A DNA stretch of 64,000 nucleotides. Origin: an uncultured Gemmatimonadaceae bacterium. Its GTDB lineage: Bacteria; Gemmatimonadota; Gemmatimonadetes; Gemmatimonadales; Gemmatimonadaceae. Positions 53,954 to 63,836 of this stretch are shown piece after piece (position 1 is the first letter of the stretch; every line of letters begins with the position of its first letter). Both the position numbers and the translations under genes were made by a program. Below the pieces are notes generated by a model that saw nothing but the letters and a program-made list of their open reading frames with translations, did no database searches and was not told the DNA's origin. The stretch is taken from assembly GCA_963829055.1 (NCBI GenBank), contig CAWHHI010000003.1, forward strand, positions 64,001 to 128,000, written 5' to 3'.

Positions 53954-54700
53954 ATGACCGTTAGCTCCACCCTCGATATCGCGGGACTGCAGCGCGTCGG
54001 CCAACTCGTGGCGCGCACCATCGCGCACATGCGCGCCAGCGTACGTCCGGGCATCACGACCGCCGAGCTGGACCTCATTGGCGAACGGTTCGCGCGCGCC
54101 GAAGGCGCACGCTCGGCGCCACAGCTCGCGTACGATTTTCCGGGCTTCAACTGCCTGAGCGTGAATGACGAGATCGTGCACGGCGTACCCGGCGCGCGCG
54201 TCCTCGCGGAGGGCGATGTCGTGAAGCTCGATGTGACGCTGGAGCTCGATGGCTACATGGCGGACAGCGCAGTCACGGTCGTGATTCCGCCAGTATCTCT
54301 GGAAGCGCGACAACTCCAGCGCGCGGCGCGCATCGCGTTCAACCACGGCATTGCGGTCGCGCGAGCCGGGCAGTCGTTGCGTGAGGTAGGGCGCGCGGTG
54401 GAAGCGGCGGCCAAGCGCGAAGGCGCGGTCGTCGTCCGTGAGCTGACGGGCCACGGCATTGGCCGTCGCATTCACGAACCGCCGAGTGTTCCGAACTGGG
54501 CTGACCCGAACGCACGCACAGTGCTGACCGAGGGTCTCGTGATCGCGCTCGAGCCGATGCTGACGAGCGTGCCGGTGCGTGTGGTCGAGGAAGCCGATGG
54601 CTGGACGCTGCGCACTCACAACCGGGTCCTGGCGGTCCATCACGAGCACACGATCCTGATCCGACGCGGCGCGCCGCTCGTGCTGACGCTGGCTGCCTAA
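53954..54700 (+). CDS. map: Type I methionine aminopeptidase
   Basis: SVNDEIVHGVP, DVTLELDGYMADSA, GHGIGRRIHEPP, LEPM and HHEHTI. Confidence 0.95.
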   Translation: MTVSSTLDIAGLQRVGQLVARTIAHMRASVRPGITTAELDLIGERFARAEGARSAPQLAYDFPGFNCLSVNDEIVHGVPGARVLAEGDVVKLDVTLELDGYMADSAVTVVIPPVSLEARQLQRAARIAFNHGIAVARAGQSLREVGRAVEAAAKREGAVVVRELTGHGIGRRIHEPPSVPNWADPNARTVLTEGLVIALEPMLTSVPVRVVEEADGWTLRTHNRVLAVHHEHTILIRRGAPLVLTLAA

Positions 54701-54734
54701 CGCTCAGCACCTTCGGCTGGTAACGGAGCCGCGA

Positions 54735-55049
54735 ATGACGGAGCCGCGAATGGTCGTCTCTGACCTCGTTCGAAGCGAAGTGCAGAGCCGATTTCCCAAC
54801 GACGCGGCGACCGTGGTCGAACAGCTCGCGGTGACGCCGCTCCCGTTTCTCGACGCGCCTGACCGCACGCGCGAGCGGGATCGCGTTCACCTCGCCATCA
54901 TCAAGCTGTCGGGCGGCGACACAGCGAAACTTCCGCACATTCTCGACCGGGCCGCAATGGACTGGCGCGACGTTCTCGTGTGGTCCGGCCTCGGGAACGT
55001 CGACTGGCCGGACGTGCTGCGCGCAGCGGGCTTCCCGGTGCCCGAGTAG
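54735..55049 (+). CDS. Hypothetical protein
   Basis: Intact ORF with GGAG RBS; RVHLAIIKLSGG...AAMDWRDVL. Confidence 0.75.
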   Translation: MTEPRMVVSDLVRSEVQSRFPNDAATVVEQLAVTPLPFLDAPDRTRERDRVHLAIIKLSGGDTAKLPHILDRAAMDWRDVLVWSGLGNVDWPDVLRAAGFPVPE

Positions 55050-55122
55050 CCGTACCCGCGACCGTCCGACCGGACCATATTCCTGATTCCTGCCGACCGC
55101 ACTGGCTGGCCCTTCCTTCTCA

Positions 55123-55956
55123 ATGGAGAGTCCCCTGGAATCCCCGCACGTCACCGATCTCGCACTCGCCCAACGACTCGAGCGCGCCGAGGGGAGCGCG
55201 AATGCCGCGTTCGTCGAATCTCGCGCGCGAAGCGCGCCCGCGATCGGCGCCGAATGGCGCGACGTAGGAGGCACGTACGCGATGTTCGACGGCGTCGGCT
55301 CGCCGATCACGCAGACGTTCGGGTTCGGCCTGTTCTCCGCGCCGACACATGGACAACTCGACGAGATCGAGGCGTTCTTCCGCGAGCGTGGCTCCGAGGT
55401 GTTCCAGGAAGTCAGCCCGCTCGCCGCTCCTGAGGTCCTCACGATCCTGCCGGAGCGCGGCTACCGCCCGATCGAGCTCACGTCGGTGATGCACATGCGC
55501 CTAACGGGAGATCGACCGGCCGCGCAGCGCCGCTCGTCCGCCGAGCTCACGGTGCGGCGCATTGACCCGGGCGAGGAGCCGGTGTGGGCCGAGACGGCGG
55601 CGCGGGGCTGGGGAGACGTTCCAGGGCTCGGTGAGCTCGTGCTCGACCTCGGTCGCGTCAGCGCGGGCAGCAGAGGCACCGTGTGCTTTCTGGCCGAGTG
55701 GAACGGCGCGCCCATTGGGGCTGCGGCGGCGGCGCTGCATGGAGGCGTCGCGGTGCTCGCGGGTGCCAGCACGGCGCCCGAGTTTCGCGGCCGCGGCGCG
55801 CAGGCCGCGCTACTCGGCGCCCGCCTGGCGTACGCGGCGTCTGCCGGTTGCGATCTCGCGATGATGGGAGCGTCGCCGGGTAGCGCGTCGCAGCGGAACG
55901 GCGAGCGTCAGGGATTCCGGATCGGCTATACGCGGATCAAGTGGCAACAGAGATAA
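55123..55956 (+). CDS. GNAT-family acetyltransferase
   Basis: ASTAPEFRGRGAQAALL...SQRNGERQGF. Confidence 0.9.
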   Translation: MESPLESPHVTDLALAQRLERAEGSANAAFVESRARSAPAIGAEWRDVGGTYAMFDGVGSPITQTFGFGLFSAPTHGQLDEIEAFFRERGSEVFQEVSPLAAPEVLTILPERGYRPIELTSVMHMRLTGDRPAAQRRSSAELTVRRIDPGEEPVWAETAARGWGDVPGLGELVLDLGRVSAGSRGTVCFLAEWNGAPIGAAAAALHGGVAVLAGASTAPEFRGRGAQAALLGARLAYAASAGCDLAMMGASPGSASQRNGERQGFRIGYTRIKWQQR

Positions 55957-56158
55957 AACCGGGAACTGGGAACTGGGAACGGGGAACTGCGGCTGGTTGC
56001 TGGGTGGTCGTGCTGGTGGCTGGGTGACGCTGGGTGCGGCTGCATGCAGCGAGCAGCACGTGGTGTCCTGGGCGGTAATAGCAGCAGCGGGCAGCGTGTG
56101 GCCGCAGCATGCAGCCGTCGGCAACCGTTTTTTGTTTTGTCATTTCGCCGTTCACTTG

Positions 56159-58849
56159 TTACTCCCAACGTAGTGCCCGCACAGGGTCCAGCTTCGAAGC
56201 TCGACGCGCCGGCAGCCAGGCCGCCAACGCACCAGCAGCAAGCAGCACCGCCGAGACAGCGAGCAGCGTAACCGGATCCGTAGGCGTGATGCCATAGAGC
56301 AGCGGCGTAGCAACCGCACGCAGCGAGACCGCCAGCGCGAGCCCCACCGACAAGCCAATTCCAGCCACCGCTACGCCGCGCCGAAGCACCGCCGCTCGCA
56401 CCGACGTCGGCGTCGCACCTAACGCCATGCGCACGCCGATCTCGCGCGTGCGCTGCGCCGTCACGTACGACAACACGCCGTAGAGGCCGATCGCGCCCAT
56501 GAAGAGCCCGATCACCGCCGCCACCGCGAAACCAATCATGGAGAAGCGCATGCCGCTCTGCGCCGCCGCCACCACCGACGACAGCGTCCGAGTCTCGGCC
56601 AGCGGCAGCGTCGGGTCGAGCTGCGCCAGCTGATTCCGCGCCGCCGCGATCAGCGAGGCCGGCGGCATGCTCGTGCGCACCGCGTACACCATCGATCGCG
56701 CAAGCCAGTCCATGTCCACGCCGGGCTTGTTGATCATCGCGTAGTAGACCGCCCCGACCGGCTCCTTGTCGAGCGCGACGCCGCGCACGTCGCCGACGAC
56801 GCCGACGACCTCTGACCACGGCTTCTCGCCCTTCACGCCGGCGAGTCCGTGCGCCACCCGCGCGCCCACCGCCGGCCGCGACTCCATGAGCTTCCGCACG
56901 ACGGTCTCCGTCACGAGCACGACGCCAGTGTGCCGCTCCGTGTCCGATCGCTCGAGCAGGCGGCCGGCCAGCTTCGGGATACCCATCGCCTCGAAGTAGC
57001 CCGGCGTCGCGACCCGCATCTCGGCAAGCGGAGGCAGCACGTTAGGCGGGAACGCCCGGCTCTCGAGTCGCAGCGGATCGGCTTCGCCATTGTCACCGGA
57101 CAGCGGCAGGCGACCCGTTGCCCCGGCCGCGAATACGCCGGGAAGCGCCCGCATGCGATCGAGCATTGCGTAGTGGAAACGAGCCACATCCTCGGACGTG
57201 GGGTAGCCCGACTGCGGCAGCGCAATGCGAAACGTGATCACGCCGTCGGCGCGAAACCCCGGGTCGACCGCGCGCAGCTTCTGAAAGCTCCGCAGCACGA
57301 GCCCCGACCCAACGAGCAGCACCGTCGCCATCGTGACCTGCGCGACGACGAGCAACTGGCGCAACTGGCCGCTCCGCCGGCCGATCGTCGCGGCGCGATC
57401 GCCACCACGAAGCATCGACGACGGCGCCACCGAACGGTTGTGCGCCACCGGCACGACGCCGCACACGACGGCCACGACCGCGGCGACGAGAGTCGTGCCG
57501 GCCAACACGGTCGCGTCGAGTCGAATGTCGCCGAGACGCGGGAGCAGGCTCGGGGCGAGTCGGCGCAGGAGCGCCACCGCACTCCAGGCGAACAGCACCC
57601 CGACCGCCGTGCCCGACAACAGCAGCATCGCGCTCTCCGCCAGCGACTGCGCTAGCAGATGCCCGCGGCCGGCGCCTAACGCGATTCGCAGCGCGACCTC
57701 GCGCCGCCGGGCCTCGGCCCGCACGAGCAGGAGGCTCGCGACGTTCACGCAGGCGATGAGCAGGACGAGCCCGATCATCGCCCACAACGTCCAGAGCACC
57801 GGGCGCACGCGGCCGACGACGTCGTCGAGGTATGGGTGCACATCGGTGGTGAGGCCAGCATCGCGCAGCGTCGCGATCGAGATGAAGTCCACGAGCGTCG
57901 CGACGCGCGGAAGCAAAGCGGTGAGTTCGCGGGACGCCTGCTCGGGCGTAACGCCGGCGCGAAGACGGCCGATGCCCGGCAGGTAAAAGCCGCTCAGGTC
58001 GTTACGGTCGATGCGCATGGGCACCCATAGCTGGGCCGCCTCGGTCGGGAACGCGAAACGCGCCGGCATGACGCCGATGATCTCGCACGTCGTGCCGTCG
58101 ACGGTTACGGTGCGGCCGATGACGGACGGGTCACCGCCGAAGCGCTGTCGCCATAGCGCATGCGACAGGATGACCACGCGCGGCCCACCCGGTCGATCCT
58201 CCTCGACTGAAAACGTCCGGCCTAACGCTGGCGGGATGCGAAGCACGTCGAACAGGCTGCGGGTCGCTGATACGACGTCCACCCAGTCGGGCGGCGCGTC
58301 GTTGCCCGTCAGGCTTCCCTGCCATGTGGAGTACAACGCCATCGCCTCGAAGCTCCGGCTTCCCTCCGAGTACACGGTGTGGGTGGCCGAGGAGTTCGGG
58401 ATCTGCTTCGGGAGGTCGCCTCCGCGCGTGTGGTGGCCGATCGTGACGATGCGATCGGGGTCAGGGTACGCGAGGGGCCTGAGGAGCACGCCGTTCACGA
58501 CGCTGAACACCGCCGCGTTGCCGCCGATCCCTAACGCGAGCGTCAGGACGGCCGCGATCGTGAAGCCCGGGGTCTTCCGCAGCTGACGCGCGGCGAAGCG
58601 GAGGTCGAAGCCCGCGCGCTCGATGCCGCGCACGCCGCGACCTTCCCTCATGGATTCCTTGTGCCCTTCGACGCTCCCGAACGCGAGCGTCGCGCGTCGT
58701 CGCGCCTCGTCGGCCGGTAGTCCTCGCTTCGCGTGCTTCGCCGCTTCCATTTCGATATGGAAGCGCATCTCCTCGTCGAGCTCTCGCTCCAGCGTGCGCC
58801 GCGAGGCGAGCGCGCGAAGCCACATGGTGATTCGCTTGGTGCCGCGCAT
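56159..58849 (-). CDS. ADOP-type duplicated ABC permease (second copy)
   Basis: [38 protein letters not shown] and [13 protein letters not shown]. Confidence 0.95.
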   Translation of the reverse strand: MRGTKRITMWLRALASRRTLERELDEEMRFHIEMEAAKHAKRGLPADEARRRATLAFGSVEGHKESMREGRGVRGIERAGFDLRFAARQLRKTPGFTIAAVLTLALGIGGNAAVFSVVNGVLLRPLAYPDPDRIVTIGHHTRGGDLPKQIPNSSATHTVYSEGSRSFEAMALYSTWQGSLTGNDAPPDWVDVVSATRSLFDVLRIPPALGRTFSVEEDRPGGPRVVILSHALWRQRFGGDPSVIGRTVTVDGTTCEIIGVMPARFAFPTEAAQLWVPMRIDRNDLSGFYLPGIGRLRAGVTPEQASRELTALLPRVATLVDFISIATLRDAGLTTDVHPYLDDVVGRVRPVLWTLWAMIGLVLLIACVNVASLLLVRAEARRREVALRIALGAGRGHLLAQSLAESAMLLLSGTAVGVLFAWSAVALLRRLAPSLLPRLGDIRLDATVLAGTTLVAAVVAVVCGVVPVAHNRSVAPSSMLRGGDRAATIGRRSGQLRQLLVVAQVTMATVLLVGSGLVLRSFQKLRAVDPGFRADGVITFRIALPQSGYPTSEDVARFHYAMLDRMRALPGVFAAGATGRLPLSGDNGEADPLRLESRAFPPNVLPPLAEMRVATPGYFEAMGIPKLAGRLLERSDTERHTGVVLVTETVVRKLMESRPAVGARVAHGLAGVKGEKPWSEVVGVVGDVRGVALDKEPVGAVYYAMINKPGVDMDWLARSMVYAVRTSMPPASLIAAARNQLAQLDPTLPLAETRTLSSVVAAAQSGMRFSMIGFAVAAVIGLFMGAIGLYGVLSYVTAQRTREIGVRMALGATPTSVRAAVLRRGVAVAGIGLSVGLALAVSLRAVATPLLYGITPTDPVTLLAVSAVLLAAGALAAWLPARRASKLDPVRALRWE

Positions 58850-58865
58850 GTCTGGGCCTCGGGCG

Positions 58866-59198
58866 TCAGGTGGTTCGGAGGAGCTGCTCGACCGCGAGCA
58901 CGTGCCGGCGCCAGCTCTGCGTCTCGGCCGCGAGCGCGCGCTTGCCGACTGGCGTGAGGCGGTAGTACTTGGCGCGGCGGTTGTTGTCGGTAACGCGCCA
59001 CTCGCTGTCGATCCACTCCTTCTGCTCGAGCCGCTGGAGTGCCGGGTAGAGCGAGCCCTGGTTCACCTCGAGCACGCCGTCGCTCACCTGCTGGATGCGC
59101 TGGGTGATCCCCCACCCGTGCATGGGCGCGAGCGAGAGCGTGCGAAGCACGAGGAGGTCTATGGTACCGCGGAGCGGCTCGTTCGATGACTCACCCAT
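58866..59198 (-). CDS. PadR-family regulator (second copy)
   Basis: [13 protein letters not shown]...MHGWGI...[12 protein letters not shown]...NNRRAKYY. Confidence 0.95.
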   Translation of the reverse strand: MGESSNEPLRGTIDLLVLRTLSLAPMHGWGITQRIQQVSDGVLEVNQGSLYPALQRLEQKEWIDSEWRVTDNNRRAKYYRLTPVGKRALAAETQSWRRHVLAVEQLLRTT

Positions 59199-59486
59199 TT
59201 CTACCTCTACCCCGCTGTCATTTCGATACCGATCGTGTCGTCGTTCCGAGCCGGGCGCCCACGGACGGTGCGGGAATGAGAACTCGCAGTCGTGCCGTGG
59301 AGACTCGGCGTTGCCTATTTACGATTTCGAGAGAAGAGAATTCACCCCGGTCCTGTTGAAGTCAAGAGGAGCGGTGACACCTCGTCGACCGAATTCCACC
59401 ATTCGTCGTACAGCCGCCGCAGCGGCGTATCCGACGCAGAGCGGTCGCTCTGCATAGTCGCCTCCGTACCACTCACTGGAGGCGTG

Positions 59487-60599
59487 ATGGTCGCGAACTC
59501 TTCGCAGCGCTGGCTGCGCGTTGCTGCCGCACTACTGCTCGCCACGACGTCAGTCGCTGCACAATCGACATCGTCGGCGCCGTTCGTCCCAGAGATCGTC
59601 AAGACGCAGCTCGCCGACGGCGTCTTCCTGCTCGCCGGAGGACCCGACGGCTATGTCGACGGCACGAATACCGTAGTCGTTGTGAACGACAACGGCGTGC
59701 TCGTGTTCGACACCAGCACGCGACCGTCTACTGCGCGCGCAATCCTCGCGGAGATCCGGAAGATCACCGACAAGCCGGTGCGCTACGTCGTCAACTCGCA
59801 CTGGCACCCGGACCACTGGTCGGGCAACGAGGTGTTCGCCGACGCGTTTCCTAACGTGGAGTTCATCGCGACGGAACAGGCGAAGACCTACATGCTGAAC
59901 ATGGGGAACTTCTTCGCCCCGCGCTTCAAGCAGCGGCTGCCGAAAACGGAAGCGACGTACGCGAGCGAGATCGCGACCGGCAAGGACGCGGACGGCAGCA
60001 CACTCTCTCCCAAGGAGCTCGCCGACGAGACGACGTTCATGACGCGCTACCGGACCTTCGTCGCCGAGACGCAGACGGTTCGCCGCACGTATCCGACGCT
60101 CACGTACGTCGACGAGCTGCGCCTGGGGCACGTGGGGCGTGGCAATCAAGAGATCGTGCTCATGAGCGTCACCGGCGACGCCGAGGGTACGACGGTGATG
60201 TACCTGCCGCAGGGGAAGGTGCTCGTCACTGGCGACGCGGTCTCGTATCCACTTCCCTACACCACGCCCCCGCCGAGCCGTCACGCGAAGAGTCTGCGGA
60301 CGCTCGCTCGTCTCGACGTCGACGCGATCGTCCCGGGACACGGGCCGGTGTTTCGCGACAGGAGCTTCATCAATCTCGAGGCAGAGTTCCTCGAGACCGC
60401 GGTCGCCCGCGTGCAGGTGTCGCTCCGCAAACCGCTCTTCCTGCTCGCGGACGTTCAGAAGGATGTGAACATGGACGACTTCCGCGTGCGCTTCACGAAG
60501 GATGACCCGACGCTGAACAAGCAGTTCGCGGGATTCGCGAGCGGCGTGGTCAGGCTGGCGTATCTGGAGTCGCGAGACAACCAGGAATCGCGGCCATAA
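59487..60599 (+). CDS. Secreted MBL-fold metallo-hydrolase
   Basis: NSHWHPDHWSGN, TGDAV and VPGHG; signal peptide. Confidence 0.92.
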   Translation: MVANSSQRWLRVAAALLLATTSVAAQSTSSAPFVPEIVKTQLADGVFLLAGGPDGYVDGTNTVVVVNDNGVLVFDTSTRPSTARAILAEIRKITDKPVRYVVNSHWHPDHWSGNEVFADAFPNVEFIATEQAKTYMLNMGNFFAPRFKQRLPKTEATYASEIATGKDADGSTLSPKELADETTFMTRYRTFVAETQTVRRTYPTLTYVDELRLGHVGRGNQEIVLMSVTGDAEGTTVMYLPQGKVLVTGDAVSYPLPYTTPPPSRHAKSLRTLARLDVDAIVPGHGPVFRDRSFINLEAEFLETAVARVQVSLRKPLFLLADVQKDVNMDDFRVRFTKDDPTLNKQFAGFASGVVRLAYLESRDNQESRP

Positions 60600-60823
60600 C
60601 GTGGCCGACGGTCTCCCGGCGTGATTGCGGCTGGCGGCGCCGGTCCGGTGGCAACGACGGATCACCGCAGGGGATCCGGACTGTTCCCGTTGTTCGAACC
60701 GAGGTGCAATGCAGATCACGGACGCTGGGTTCTGGATGCCGTGTCGAAGCAGTGTGTCTCGGATGGTGGCTGAATCAGTCGTCTGGAACCGGCGCACGCG
60801 ATCGGATGTCGCGACGCAGTCCG

Positions 60824-61414
60824 CTAGCGACCGCGTCTCGAGTCGATCCTGACGCCGAGGCGCATGCTTGCCCGCCCGCCCTTCTCCGCGTCAGCGTACC
60901 CGCCGGTGTCGTAGTCGTGCGACAACCACGCGTAGTGGGCGGCGGCGTCGACCTGCAGGTGGCTCGCGACGGACCACAACACACCGGCTCCGAGGCCGGA
61001 GATGTACCCGGTCGCTTCGTCAGTGATGCCTAACACGCCTTCATACGTTGCCATGGCGCGACCGAGGCGCACCGCGGCGTACGGTACCACCCGCCGCAGC
61101 GGAGCGCCGAACACGACGCGAGGCTCGAAGTAGATGTTGCTGACGATGTAGTCGCCGTCTGTGTCCTCGCGGCCGTAGCTCGTGCGATCGTACCCGACGC
61201 CGAGCTGCCACCGACCCAGGACGACGCCACCATTGGCGTCGTAGCCGACGGCAGCCTCCGTTCCGTTGAAGTCGTCGCCGGTGAGATTGCCGTACATCGC
61301 ACCCGCGCCCAGCGTGAAATGAACGCGCGACGACGATGCACTTTGCGCGTGGGCGGCGGAAACCGTGAGCGCGCTGATACAGGCAATGATCGACGCGGCG
61401 AGCGATCGCCGCAT
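60824..61414 (-). CDS. Outer-membrane beta-barrel protein
   Basis: Signal peptide; alternating aromatic/Gly beta-strands, VVPY, and terminal MRLGVRI. Confidence 0.75.
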   Translation of the reverse strand: MRRSLAASIIACISALTVSAAHAQSASSSRVHFTLGAGAMYGNLTGDDFNGTEAAVGYDANGGVVLGRWQLGVGYDRTSYGREDTDGDYIVSNIYFEPRVVFGAPLRRVVPYAAVRLGRAMATYEGVLGITDEATGYISGLGAGVLWSVASHLQVDAAAHYAWLSHDYDTGGYADAEKGGRASMRLGVRIDSRRGR

Positions 61415-62733
61415 CAACTTTTCGGCATGCCCGACTCGCGAGTCCCCAGACGATAGATGAGCACGGCCGCGCGCTTCGTGAGTTTCGGCAACCAGCGCAG
61501 GTCCGCCGTCTCCTTGTCGGAGTGGTCATCCCAGCCGGCGAGGCCTAACGCGTCGATGGCCATCGGGATGTACGGCGCGGCGAACGAGACGTCCGCGGCT
61601 CCGGCGCGCGACGGGTCCACCGCCACCACGGGCCCATAGCCGAGGGCACGGCTCACGGAGTCGTAGGCGGCGAGGAGCCGGCGGTTGCCCTCCGTCGGCG
61701 CCATCGGCGGATACCCGTCGTCGAACGTCAGCTCGGCCGTCGTCTTCGGCAGATGCTGCGCGACGACTTCGGCCATCGTCGCCTTGGCCTTCGCCAGCTG
61801 CTCGGGCGAGAGCGCCCGGAGGTCACCGCTCACGATGGTCTGACCGGCGACGACGTTCGTCTTGCCGAACGCCGTGCCGCCACCCTGCGCGGTGTCATAC
61901 TTGACCTCCGACCCGCCTAACACGACGCCAGGGTTGAACGTCAGATACTGCTGCCCACTGAGCTTCTCGCGAAACCCCTGAAGAATGCGCGCCGCCTCGA
62001 ACAGCGCGCCGGCGCCGATGTCGTCGCGGAAGATCTGCGACGAGTGCGCCGGCGTGCCGGTCGTGCGGAGCGTCCACGACCCCGCGCTGCGGCGCGAGAT
62101 GACCGCCGTATGCGGATCGCCCGAGCCGTCCTCGAAGCCTAACGCCACCTGCGATCGCTTGGCCGCTTCGGTGAGCGTGGCGCGGGCGGCGTCGAGTGGC
62201 GCACCAGCATCCTCCTCGTCGCCATGCATAACGACAGTGATGCTCAGTCCGTCGAGCAGGCCCGCGGTCTTGAGCGCCCGGAGCGCCTCGACGATGATGA
62301 CGTCCCCGCCCTTCATGTCGATGATGCCGGGGCCGCGCGCGGTCGAGTCGCTCAGTCGCTCGAATTTCTGGAACGGGCTGCGCGGCTCGAACACCGTGTC
62401 GAGGTGTCCGATCAGCAGAAGACGCTGGCCGCGCCCGTTCCGCTCGGCGACGAGATGCCCGGCGCGCTTGAAGCTGCCGCCGTCGACCCACTTGGTGGAG
62501 AAGCCGAGCGCATCGAGCTCGGCGCGGAACGCGTCGCCCACCTGCCTGACGCCGGCGAAGTTCATCGTCCCGCTGTTGATGTTGACGACGCGCTCGAGCA
62601 GCGCGAGCGCCTGGGCGTTGCGCGCATCGACGGCGGCGGCGATGCGACGCTCCGGCGCGGTCAGCGCCGGCGTCTGAGAGAGTGCCACCGTCGGCAGGGT
62701 CAGACACGCGCACAGCAAAACGCCCTTCATCAT
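61414..62733 (-). CDS. M20/M25/M40 metallopeptidase (glutamate-carboxypeptidase-like)
   Basis: LIGHLDTVF, GPGIIDMKGG, GDEE and GAADVSF. Confidence 0.93.
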   Translation of the reverse strand: MMKGVLLCACLTLPTVALSQTPALTAPERRIAAAVDARNAQALALLERVVNINSGTMNFAGVRQVGDAFRAELDALGFSTKWVDGGSFKRAGHLVAERNGRGQRLLLIGHLDTVFEPRSPFQKFERLSDSTARGPGIIDMKGGDVIIVEALRALKTAGLLDGLSITVVMHGDEEDAGAPLDAARATLTEAAKRSQVALGFEDGSGDPHTAVISRRSAGSWTLRTTGTPAHSSQIFRDDIGAGALFEAARILQGFREKLSGQQYLTFNPGVVLGGSEVKYDTAQGGGTAFGKTNVVAGQTIVSGDLRALSPEQLAKAKATMAEVVAQHLPKTTAELTFDDGYPPMAPTEGNRRLLAAYDSVSRALGYGPVVAVDPSRAGAADVSFAAPYIPMAIDALGLAGWDDHSDKETADLRWLPKLTKRAAVLIYRLGTRESGMPKS

Positions 62734-62755
62734 TGACTCCAGGTTCTCAGTGAAA

Positions 62756-62950
62756 GTCATTCCGGGCGGCTGTCATTCCGAGCGGAGCTGGTGTCATTCC
62801 GAGCGAGCGAGCCGGGTGCCACCGAGCGGGTCGAGGAATCCTTGCTCTCTGGGTAGAGCGGCTTCTCTGCCGGGACGCCAAGGATTCCTCGACTGCGCGC
62901 CTTCGGCGCTCCGCTCGGAATGACAAACCGCTCGGAATGACAACCCGCTC
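62756..62950. repeat. REP/REPIN-like palindromic element with iterated ends
   Basis: Three GTCATTCCG left ends and two CGCTCGGAATGACA right ends; internal GTCGAGGAATCCTTG pairs with CAAGGATTCCTCGAC. Confidence 0.9.
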
Positions 62951-63836
62951 AAGATTTACGCGCCCGGCCCACCACGAGCGTGATGTTGTCCGTGCCGCCG
63001 CGATCGAGCGCCATCTTCAGCAACTCGTGGCACACCTGCTCCGCGGATTCCATTGCGGCGAGCTTCGTCGCGATCTCGTCGTCGGGCACGTGCTTCGTGA
63101 GCCCGTCGCTACATACCAGGATCACCGACCCACGCTGCCTGACATCCACTCGGCTCACCTCGGGCATCGCTTCCGACGCGCCGATGGCGCTCGCCAGCAC
63201 GTGGCTGAGCGGTGACGCCTTCATCTGCTCCTTCTTGAGGATGCCCTCGTCCACGAGGTTCTGCGCGACCGTCTGGTCGCGCGTCACCTGCCGCAGCGCC
63301 CCGTCCTGATAGACGTAGCAGCGGCTGTCGCCGACCTGTAGCACATACAGCCACGGCCAGACCACGATGCCTAACGACAACGTCGTCGCCATCTGCCGCC
63401 CGCCGAGCTCGGCGACGGCCTCGGCGCGGACCGTGTCGTGGGCCTCGATCGCCGCCGTGCGCAACGCATCGGTGAACTCCGACTCGCTCGCCGAGCCCGC
63501 CGTGTGATAGCAGCGAAGCGCCGTCGCCACGTACTGCGTGACCGCCTCGGTGGCGATGCGGCTCGCACGACTACCCGCCGCGCTGCCACCTACGCCGTCC
63601 GCCACGAGCATGATCGTGGCGAGCCGCTGCCCGCGCAGCGCGAGGGAGCTCGTCTCCGGCAGGCTGGTCCCATGAATCACGACCTGCGGGTGCACCGTGC
63701 AGAGAAGGAAGTGATCCTGATTCTCGGTGCGGACGCGGCCCGGATGCGTAAGGCCGAAGAGGTCGAGCTCGTCGTCGCGAGGGCGCGCGTTGGAACCAGC
63801 GGGGCTCTGCGTAGAGAACGGCGCGGCGAGGCTCAT
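62949..63836 (-). CDS. PP2C-family Ser/Thr protein phosphatase
   Basis: THPGRVRTENQD, VADGVGG, VGDSRCY, CSDGL and GGTDNIT. Confidence 0.95.
   Translation of the reverse strand: MSLAAPFSTQSPAGSNARPRDDELDLFGLTHPGRVRTENQDHFLLCTVHPQVVIHGTSLPETSSLALRGQRLATIMLVADGVGGSAAGSRASRIATEAVTQYVATALRCYHTAGSASESEFTDALRTAAIEAHDTVRAEAVAELGGRQMATTLSLGIVVWPWLYVLQVGDSRCYVYQDGALRQVTRDQTVAQNLVDEGILKKEQMKASPLSHVLASAIGASEAMPEVSRVDVRQRGSVILVCSDGLTKHVPDDEIATKLAAMESAEQVCHELLKMALDRGGTDNITLVVGRARKS

Noticed and set aside
59487..60599. MBL protein as a true beta-lactamase resistance gene
   Set aside because: Only the generic HxHxDH fold motif is visible; nothing supports a B1-B3 assignment.
166..63376. CGTTAGG as telomere-like TTAGG repeats or as a CRISPR repeat
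   Set aside because: Copies are isolated, never tandem, only 7-8 bp long and irregularly spaced.
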